Shown piece by piece: positions 54,298 to 64,000 of a stretch of 64,000 nt of DNA. The translations under genes were made by a program, and so were the position numbers. This DNA is from Narcine bancroftii (lineage: Eukaryota). The stretch covers positions 60,264,001 through 60,328,000 of the forward strand of contig NC_091480.1 in NCBI RefSeq assembly GCF_036971445.1. Direction: 5' to 3'. The notes under the pieces are model-generated. The model was not told where the DNA came from. It was given only the letters and a program-made list of their open reading frames with translations, and searched no databases. Positions within the stretch are counted from its first letter, which is position 1, and the number at the start of each line of letters is the position of its first letter.

Positions 54298-56298
54298 GCG
54301 CCGACGCGTCTAAATTCTTTCTATTTTATCGTTTTCCATTTTTACTTCCGTTGATATCCCACCATCGTTCTCTCTCTCTTTCTCATGTTTTCTTTATCTC
54401 TTTCTCCAGCCTCTCTCCATTCCCCTCTCCACTTTCTCTCTTCCCTTTTCGTCTATCCGTCACCTTCCTCTCCTATTCTTTTCTCGTTCTTACCGCCCTT
54501 CCTCTTTCACCCTTCTTTCCCCACCCTCTCTTTCTTCCCACTACTTTCTCGACCCTCGACCCTCACCTTCCCACGCTCCTCCCTCCATGGCCCGTCTCTC
54601 CTTTATCTCACCGTCATGTTTTTATTCCTATCCCTCTCCCGCACTTCCTCTTTCCCCCATCTCCTCCGCTTTCTTCTTGTGAACTTGGTGAAAATCTGAG
54701 ATGCTCCAATGCTATCATTATAGGGTGAAGGTTGGACAAATCGGGGAATAGAGGTCCCTAGGAAACTGACACAGAAAAAAAAACCCATAATGCCTGGGGC
54801 AGATTATCTGGGATCACGTTGAATTCGAAGTGGTGGGGGGGGGTGGGGGGGGGTGGGGGGACTTGAGGAGCAAAGTGGCCGACAGGTCCTCTAATTTCCT
54901 TGCGTTTTTCTTTCCCCTTCTCGGTTAATTAACCCCTGTAATTGTTGAAGATTAATCACCAGTTCACAAACTTGAGCCAGACGAGCTGAACATTTATTTT
55001 TGTCTCCGTCTTGTTTGCTTTTTTTCCAATCCGTTCCCTTCTCTCCACCCATTCTCCCTGCCCCCTTTCCCCCGTTCTGTCCCATCCACGCTCCGATTTT
55101 CTACCTCTCTCTCGCCTCTCCTCGCTCTTTAATCCATCCCACCCTTTCTTTCCCTTCTCTCTCTAATCCTTCCGCCCTCCTTCCTTCTCCCCCTTCCTCT
55201 CCCCTTCCTACCATTCCCCAGTATGTACCCCTCTCCATCTTCACCTTCCTCACCTATCTCTGCCCCTTCTCCCTCTCTATTCATCTCTATTGCCATCTCT
55301 CTCTCTATTACAAACACTCACAAAAACACACACACATACAACTATATACACTCACACAAACGTACACACACACTCACAGAAACACACATGCACATACTCA
55401 CACAAACACATGCACACACATAAAACCACACACTCTCTCACAAAANNNNNNNNNNNNNNNNNNNNNNNNNNNNNNNNNNNNNNNNNNNNNNNNNNNNNNN
55501 NNNNNNNNNNNNNNNNNNNNNNNNNNNNNNNNNNNNNNNNNNNNNNNNNNNNNNNNNNNNNNNNNNNNNNNNNNNNNNNNNNTAGAAATTATGGGGATTC
55601 GACTATGCTGCTATTGAATCTAGCCCTATCAAATTCGTCGTGTATTTATTCGACGTGCAGGTATGCATTATTGTTCGTTATAAACGAAAAATAGAAATGC
55701 AGAAATTCCAGCGAATTGAGCATTTCTGGAATTAATCACAATATTCCCCCCCCCCCCCAGAGAAATGGCAGCGTAGACCCGTCAACGTAATCATTTATTT
55801 GACAGAGGCATGGGGATCAACTTCCACCCATTTCAACTTGCGCTGACAACAGTGGATAAGGCTCAAAACTCCCTGACCAAAATGAAGGGAGCATGAGATG
55901 GATCAGACCCCAGAGTTGATTGGGCTGTGTCTGTGGGGAGGGAGGTAGGGAGGGTTGAAGGCCTCGCCACTGGGGGAGTACAAGCCGCCGCTTTTCACCG
56001 TTGATCACGGTTTAATCATTGATTATATTTTGCTGCCGTAACTTTACCATATATTCGCCGTTTCAACATTCTCCTGCATATTCTAATATATATACCACGC
56101 AGAATAGTCTTTATTTATCAAATATCAAAACGTCCAACAAATAAACTATAACAGCAGAAGATGCATTTTAATTCAGTCTATTTAGTCGACCTTGTGGAAT
56201 AGTTATTGATGGGTGAATACGGTGTTAAATTAATGGTGGAATGCATAAAATAGACCGTATCTGGCAAGTTTCCTGTTGTAGGGTGCACTCACTGTAGA

Positions 56299-57125
56299 CA
56301 GTGCAGGATTTACATATGAGCCGAGCGGGCAGCAACCCAGGACCTCATAATCTGGGAAAGGGGCCCGGCTTCTTGCCAAAAAAAATTAAAAGTTGCCATT
56401 AATTTTATTTCATTTGTAACAATAAAATCAGGGACGTACCAAGGCCAAAATAATGTGTCAGGAACACATTGATGGGAGTGCCGAACGCACTAGCCCTTGA
56501 ATTTACTGTCAAGGCCCAGTTGCTTAGTAACATTGCACACGTATGTATAACGATTATACAAGTTTTTCACGTGGGTTTTTCTCGCAAGGCCGGTTCTCAA
56601 CTTATGGGAATTCCAGCAATCGCTCATGCTGGTGAGAGCTCTGAGATTCGTATCTATCCTGATAGCGTGCGTTTTGAGAGCAATAGGAGTCTTACATATC
56701 ATTGCAAATCACAATAATATTTAATTTACGGTCAACGATATCCCAAGATTGGTTGTCGGATCTGAGCATTTCTTGCAAGGAAAATGATGAACAGCGACCT
56801 ACTGATTTTTAATGACATAATTGATCCGTTTGCGTCCAAAAATGTTCGAAAGAAACTGTTCTGACTTTGTATATAGTGTCATGTTGAAAAATACCTATGA
56901 GTGGTCTGTGTGAACGTCTTCATTAATTCTATACTTTTGTAAACTTATTAAAGGCAATAATTTTATAAATAATCTTTTTATCAATGCTAAAATTTCAGCA
57001 ATGATCTGCTATCATTGAGTAGATAGAGAAGAGAACGAGGTTTTGTTTTTCATGATCAGATGCTATTGTTTGGGCCTCCTAAAGTCTCCTAGCCCAGGGC
57101 CTCCAGTTGCTTTAATCCGGCACTG
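56299..57125. mobile_element. Non-autonomous DNA transposon, hAT-like
   Basis: Imperfect terminal inverted repeats CAGTGCAGGATT (56299) and AATCCGGCACTG (ends 57125), with subterminal CCCAGG/GGGCC motifs at both ends. No clean 8-bp TSD and no intact transposase. Confidence 0.55.
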
Positions 57126-57399
57126 GGTGCTCACTGTTCAATGCGTGAATGTTGAACGTGGACATTAGCAGAACAGCATCGATGTGGCAGATTTTCTGGT
57201 TTATTTAGTTCAGACTACATTCCACTATATTTCACCCCATATTGCACGTACATTTTGGTTCATTTAGTATACGTATATTGCAATAGTATCTATGAACTAG
57301 ATCAGTTGTATCCACAGAGTTTATTAAAATGTAGAATTTTAAAAAATCGATACATTGCATCTAATTCAATATATGCGTCATGTCAAAATATTTCCCTAT

Positions 57400-59190
57400 C
57401 TTTCTTTGCCTTGGCTTCGCGGACGAAGATTTATGGAGGGGTAATGTCCACGTCAGCTGCAGTCTCTTTTGTGGCTGACAAGTCCTATGCGGGACAGGCA
57501 GACACGGTTGCAGCGGTTGCAAGGGAAAATTGGTTGGTTGGGGTTGGGTGTTGGGTTTTTCCTCCTTTGTCTTTTGTCAGTGAGGTGGACTCTGCGGTCT
57601 TCTTCAAAGGAGGTTGCTCCCGCCAAACTGTAAGGCGCCAAGATTCATGGTTTGAGGCGATATCAGCCCACTGGCGGTTGTCAATGTGGCAGGCACCAAG
57701 AGATTTCTTTAGGCAGTCCTTGTACCTCTTCTTTGGTGCACCTCTGTCTCGGTGGCCAGTGGAGAGCTCGCCATATAACACGATCTTGGGAAGGCGATGG
57801 TCCTCCATTCTGGAGACGTGACCTACCCAGCGCAGTTTGATCTTCAGCAGCGTGGATTCGATGCTGTCGGCCTTTGTCATCTCGAGTACTTCGATGTTGG
57901 AGATTAAGTTGCTCCAATGAATGTTGAAGATGGAGTGGAGACAACGCTGGTGGAAGCATTCTAGGAGCAGTAGGTGATGCCAGTAGAGGACCCATTATTC
58001 AGGAGCCAAACAGGAGTGTGGGTATGACAACGGCTCTGTAATCTTTGTGAAGTTTTTCAGTTGGTTGTTTTTCCAGACTCTTTTGTGTAGTCTTCCAAAG
58101 GCGCTATTTGCCTTGGCGAGTCTGTTGTCTATCTCGTTGTCGATCCTTGCATCCGATGAAATGGTGCAGCCGAGATAGGTAAACTGTTTGACCGTTTTGA
58201 GTTTTGTGTGCCTGATGGAGATGTGTGGCGGGGGGGGGGGGGGGGGGGGCTGGTAGTCATCGTGGGGAGCTGGCTGATAGAGGACCTCAGTTTTCTTCAG
58301 GCTGACTTCCAGGCCAAACATTTCAGCAGTTTCCCGCAAAACAGGACGTCAAGCGCTGAAGAGCTGGCTCTGAATGGGCAACTAAAGCGGCATCATCTGC
58401 AAAGAGTAGTTCACGGACAAGTTGCTCTTGTGTCTTGGTGTGAGCTTGCAGGCGCCTCAGATTGAAGAGACTGCCATCCGTGCGGTACCGGATGTAAACA
58501 GCATCTTCATTGTTGAGGTCTTTCATGGCTTGTTTCAGCATCATGCTGAAAAAGATTGAAAAGAGGGTTGGTGCAAGAGCGCAGCCTTGCTTCACGCCAT
58601 TGTTTATGGAGAAGGGTTCAGAGAGCTCATTGCTGTATCTGACCCGACCTTGTTGGTTTTCATGCAGTTGGATAACCATGTTGATGAACTTTGGGGGGCA
58701 TCGGAGGCGCTCTAGTATTTGCCAAAGCCCTTTCCTACTCACGGTGTCGAAGGCTTTGGTGAGGTCAACAAAGGTGATGTAGAGTCCTTTGTTTTGTTCT
58801 CTGCACTTTTCTTGGAGCTGTCTGAGAGCAAAAACCATGTCAATTGTTCCTCTGTTTGCGTGAAAGCCACACTGTGATTCTGGGAGAACATTTTCGATGA
58901 CACTAGGTATTATTCTACTTAGGAGAATCCTAGCGAAGATTTTTCTTGCAATGGAGAGCAGCGTGATTCCCCTGTAGTTTGAGCAGTCTGATTTCTCGCC
59001 TTTGTTTTTGTACAGGGTGATGATGATGGCATCACGAAGGTCCTGAGGCAGCTTTCCTTGGTCCCAGCAGAGCTTGAAAAACTCATGCAGTTTGGCATGC
59101 TGAGTTTTGCCGCCAGCCTTCCAGACCTCTGGGGGATTCCATGCATACCTGCTGCTTTGCCACTTTTCAGTTGTTCAGTTGCCTTATATG
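57400..59190 (-). mobile_element. RTE-clade LINE, 5'-truncated, disrupted (copy 1)
   Basis: RT motifs FVDLTKAFDTVSR, GVKQGCALAPTLF, LFADD, FTYLG; C-terminal CNRC...H zinc finger. ATGTCAAAATAT occurs on both flanks (57380-57391, 59188-59199) as a probable TSD. Confidence 0.93.
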
Positions 59191-59737
59191 TCAAAATATG
59201 TCATATCAAAAATATTCCCCTATATGTAACGTTTTATGAAATGAGTAGAACTATTTTATCATCTAGGCAGTTTAAATGTATTTTGTGTATAAATTCGACA
59301 AAATGTGATCTTATATAATTGGATTTATTGTATCTAATTATTCGACAATGCATAAAATTAGATAAAAATGCGTTACCCGTATATGCAAAGCTGGTTGAAA
59401 TGTACCAACATAATTCTTGAATGGGCAACGTAAAAATGATATTTTGTAGAATATATAACCAGGACATGTAAAGTGGAATAGCCGTTGAAAAATGGAATAA
59501 ATATGATTTTACAGGAGGGAAACGCTACTACATCGTTCTCACTGATAGGCTTTCAGTGTATCCTATCGTATCAATTCTACTTCAGATTTTCCGCTTTAAA
59601 TTGTATTTGTAGTCGCCCATCTGTAAACCATTCTACCCTACCGACACGAACAGATTGTGCAAAACAGTTTTTTTGCTAAATATACAGTGATAAATATATT
59701 CGCCGTTGTATATTTTACCCTGAATTAGACTGTACGG

Positions 59738-60248
59738 TCGACCGAGGCCGGGCCGCCGTCTCCCCCTTGCTCCTGCCCGGATCGAGGCTGCCGCCGTCTA
59801 CCCTTCGCCCGGACCGGGGCCGGGGCGCCGCTGCTGCTCTCCCTGTGCCCGGACTGGGGACGCCGCCTCCCACTCCCTGTCCGGGCCGGGGCCTCCTCCT
59901 GCCTCTCTCGGACCGAGGCTGGGGCCGCCGTCTCCCCCTTGCTCCTGCCCTTTATCGGGGCCGCCGCCGTCTACCCTTCGCCCGGACCGGGGCCGGGGCC
60001 GCTGCTGCTCTCCCCTGTGCCCGGACTGGGGCCGCCGCCTCCCACTCCCTGTCCGACCGGGGCCTCCGCCTGCCTCACTCGACCGAGGCCGGGGCCGCCG
60101 TCTCCCCCTTGCTCCTGCCCGGATCGAGGCCGCCGCAGTCTACCCTTCGCCCGGACCGGGGCCGGGGCCGCTGCTGCTCTCCCTGTGCCCGGACTGGGGC
60201 CGCCGCCTCCCACTCCCTGTCCGGACCGGGGCCTCCGCCTGCCTCATG
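59738..60248 (+). repeat. GC/CpG-rich tandem repeat, 3 x ~170 bp, built of ~30-bp CCGGACCGGGGCCGCCG submonomers
   Basis: Units start TCG(G)ACCGAGGC at 59738, 59908 and 60079. Confidence 0.92.
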
Positions 60249-62023
60249 TCGAACAACTGAAAAGTGGCAAAGCAGCAGGTATGGATGGAATCCCCCCAGA
60301 AGTCTGGAAGGCTGGCGGCAAGAACTCTGCATGCCAAACTGCATGAGTTTTTCAAGCTTGTTGGGACCAAGGTAAACTGCCTCAGGATCTTCGTGATGCC
60401 ACCATCATCAACCCTGTACAAAAACAAAGGCGAGAAATCAGACTGCTCAAACTACAGGGGAATCACGTTGCTCTCCATTGCAGGCAAAATCTTCGCTAGG
60501 ATTCTACTAAATAGAATAATACCTAGTGTCGCCGAGAATATTCTCCCAGAATCACAGTGCGGCTTTCGCAAACAGAGGAACTACTGACATGGTCTTTGCC
60601 CTCAGACAGCTCCAAGAAAAGTGCAGAGAACAAAACAAAGGACTCTACATCACCTTTGTTGACCTCACCAAAGCCTTCGACACCGTGAGCAGGAAAGGGC
60701 TTTGGCAAATACTAGAGCGCATCGGATGTCCCCCAAAGTTCCTCAACATGATTATCCAACTGCACGAAAACCAACAAGGTCGGGTCAGATACAGCAATGA
60801 GCTCTCTGAACCCTTCTCCATTAACAATGGCGTGAAGCAAGGCTGTGTTCTCGCACCAACCCTCTTTTCAATCTTCTTCAGCATGATGCTGCACCAAGCC
60901 ATGAAAGACCCCAACAATGAAGACGCTGTTTACATCCGGTACCCGCACGGATGGCAGTCTCTTCAATCTGAGGCGCCTGCAAGCTCACACCAAGACACAA
61001 GAGCAACTTGTCCGTGAACTACTCTTTGCAGACCATGCCGCTTTAGTTGCCCATTCAGAGCCAGCTCTTCAGCGCTTGACGTCCTGCTTTGCGGAAACTG
61101 CCAAAATGTTTGGCCTGGAAGTCAGCCTGAAGAAAACTGAGGTCCTCCATCAGCCAGCTCCCCACCATGATTACCAGCCCCCCCACATCTCCATCGGGCA
61201 CACAAAACTCAAAACGGTCAACCAGTTTACCTATCTCGGCTGCACCATTTCATCAGATGCAAGGATCGACAATGAGATAGACAACAGACTCGCCAAGGCA
61301 AATAGCGCCTTTGGAAGACTACACAAAAGAGTCTGGAAAAACAACCAACTGAAAAACCTCACAAAGATAAGCGTATACAGAGCCGTTGTCATACCCACAC
61401 TCCTGTTCGGCTCCGAATCATGGGTCCTCTACCGGCACCACCTACGGCTCCTAGAACGCTTCCACCAGCGTTGTCTCCGCTCCATCCTCAACATCCATTG
61501 GAGTGCTTACATCCCTAACGTCGAAGTACTCGAGATGGCAGAGGTCGACAGCATCGAGTCCACGCTGCTGAAGATCCAGCTGCGCTGGATGGGTCACGTC
61601 TCCAGAATGGAGGACCATCGCCTTCCCAAGATCGTGTTATATGGCGAGCTCTCCACTGGCCACCGTGACAGAGGTGCACCAAAGAAAAGGTACAAGGACT
61701 GCCTAAAGAAATCTCTTGGTGCCTGCCACATTGACCACCGCCAGTGGGCTGATAACGCCTCAAACCGTGCATCTTGGCGCCTCACAGTTTGGTGGGCAGC
61801 AACCTCCTTTGAAGAAGACCGCAGAGCCCACCTTACTGACAAAAGGCAAAGGAGGAAAAACCCAACACCCAACCCCAACCAACCAATTTTCCCCTGCAAC
61901 CGCTGCAATCGTGTCTGCCTGTCCCGCATCGGACTTGTCAGCCACAAACGAGCCTGCAGCTGACGTGGACTTTTTACCCCCCTCCATAAATCTTCGTCCG
62001 CGAAGCCAAGCCAAAGAAAAATA
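59739..62023 (+). mobile_element. Composite insertion: GC-rich tandem leader + 5'-truncated RTE-clade LINE (copy 2), 12-bp TSD
   Basis: TSD AGACTGTACGGT at 59727-59738 and 62024-62035. The RTE part (~60249-62023) has NYRGITLLS, FVDLTKAFD, GVKQGC, LFADH, FTYLG and CNRCNRVCLSRIGLVSHKRAC, split over three frames. Confidence 0.93.
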
Positions 62024-63041
62024 AGACTGTACGGTTATGATGCATTTCACAATACGGGCGCTCAACAATATATTTGAAACGATATATTTATATCATATAC
62101 TCTACTCTGCAATTGGATATTGATTGAATCCAAGCATTTACAGGCATTTTGATGAACTATAATATGTAGGCTGCAAGATAGATTTGGTTCCAACTAAAAG
62201 TCCTGCAATGCATTAACCTTACTCCGCAGGCCATTCATTTTAAGATCGGCATATCTTAAGAGATATCCCGAAACAATTATTTTGTGTTTACGTGTGTGGT
62301 TCAGAAGGATATTTTAAAATGTATATGGCAAATATTGAAGGGTTGAAAAAAGTAACGGGATACATATTGTTAAAAACCCGATAGATTTTCACATTCGGCC
62401 GCTTCCAAATCCACGCGGAGAACGGAGAAGAACCGATTGTTAGCGCGGCGACGCCGGGTTCCACGCACAGAACGATTAATAAGAATTAAAGCTCGTGTTT
62501 CTGCGTTCAAACATTGTACCTAGAATTGTGAAATGCTCCTTCAAGAATCGCGATTGAGCACTTTTCGATTTTAAAGCAGGAAATGTGTCCACGCTCGTGT
62601 TGACTATTGGCGTTCACATGTAAACTCGGGATGGTTTCCAATTTAAACGATAAATAATTTTAAAATAGAATGTTGTCATTGATCAGGGGTCTGCGGACAT
62701 CGATTTCTTCTCTCGATAATAACTTTTTCTAACATCGTTATGTCACAAGGTTATCGGCATTCTTTGATGAAATTGCATCTTTTGTAAAAATATAAATGAG
62801 ATTTAACTTTACGTGAGCAATACATTCACGTTCTATACATATTATAAAATACGTCTCCAATATATAACGTTTATAAAAGTGAATGTGAAGTGATAGAAAA
62901 GAGCAAAAAAAAACCCGCCGAAAACACCAAACATTTCAACGAACTGGTTCGAATTTTGTTTTACCCCTCAGAATGCACTGCTGTCTACTTTACGTCCGCT
63001 TGTAGATTCTGTTCGTCATCGTATTTATAGTGTTTGTGCGC

Positions 63042-63081
<40 letters not shown>

Positions 63082-63132
63082 AGGAGGGTGTGGATTGATA
63101 TGTGTGGGTGTGTGTATGTGGGTATGGTGTGC

Positions 63133-63190
<58 letters not shown>

Positions 63191-63376
63191 CTGTCTGTCT
63201 GTCTATCAGTCTGACTGTACGGTTTTACATTGGATTGTGGAGAATAAAAAAGCGCGCCGGTGGGTAGTTAATTTTCAGAAGTGTACTATTTCGTGTCATC
63301 TGTGTCAGACCGTATATAATTTGGTATGGGTTTGAACGCATATGACGAGTTTGTGTCAATACTATGCATATACTCG

Positions 63377-63412
<36 letters not shown>

Positions 63413-64000
63413 CTGTCTATGTGTGGATTTACGTCTGTCCGTAGTAAATGGTGCATGTGTCAGCATGTCTGTTTATCTGTTTCTTTCTCTCGGAGATTGT
63501 GGGCCTGTGCGCACGTGTACGTGCGTGTGTGTGATTGCGCCCGCATGTGTGTGCGTGCTTGCGTGGATATATCTGCATCTGCTCACATGGTTATGGATCT
63601 CTTAATCTTTGCCTGAGTCTGAGCAACACTAAACACTTCTTTTCCCAAAGTCTCAGTTCCGCTGCAGGCGATTTCTGGCCTTCTTCGATCGGAACCCTGT
63701 AACTGAACCTATTCAGCTTCCTTCTCCTCTCTCTCCCCACCCCCCCCCCCCCCCCCCCCCCCACCACCACCACTCTCTCCCTGACTCGGCCTAAAAAAGC
63801 GGGCTTTTAGCAGCATCCAGAAAGAGATGTGCAGAAAACTACAAAATACTATTTTTTCAAAACGTACACAAGTAAATCTACAGATCTCCCTTTCCCCGGC
63901 AACGATCGCTACCCTCATTTATGAAGGTGCCGCTGCCTTGCATTGTTTTCGTGTACTGTTTTCACTCGCTTTTCATTCTCAGAGCCGCAAAACAGATTAT

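Noticed and set aside
49650-54811. Identical 14-mer GGCAGATTATCTGG on both sides of hoxc12 (49650, 54798)
   Set aside because: Several chance 14-mer matches are expected in 64 kb; no extended homology.
59767-60375. Pro/Arg/Ala-rich ORFs over the GC array
   Set aside because: Stop codons are absent because of GC content and tandem structure; no domain and no ATG start.
1-64000. miR-196, miR-10, HoxC10, HoxC13 or a recognisable HOTAIR
   Set aside because: No mature miRNA sequence or third homeobox seen in the sequence or ORF track; small pieces hidden in N runs cannot be excluded.

Overview
Eukaryotic, vertebrate DNA. The window holds the posterior part of a HoxC cluster: two intact-looking two-exon homeobox genes on the minus strand, HoxC12 (51911-50241) and HoxC11 (23539-21510). 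The repeat complement (CR1 fragments, HE1/V-SINE-like tRNA SINEs, Penelope-like remnants, Rex/Babar, L1, RTE) points to a cartilaginous fish, probably an elasmobranch; the species cannot be determined from the sequence. Unlike typical compact, repeat-poor gnathostome Hox clusters, this one is heavily expanded. It carries a ~7.6 kb 32-bp satellite, CA/GA microsatellite fields, a degenerate ~150-bp satellite with nested TEs, an L1 inside a CR1 (14-bp TSD) and two inverted RTE LINEs. One RTE is fused, inside a single TSD, to a GC-rich 3x~170-bp tandem leader. No HoxC10 is visible in the 21.5 kb downstream of HoxC11 and no HoxC13 in the 12 kb upstream of HoxC12. Most short ORFs in the track are artefacts of simple repeats and N runs.
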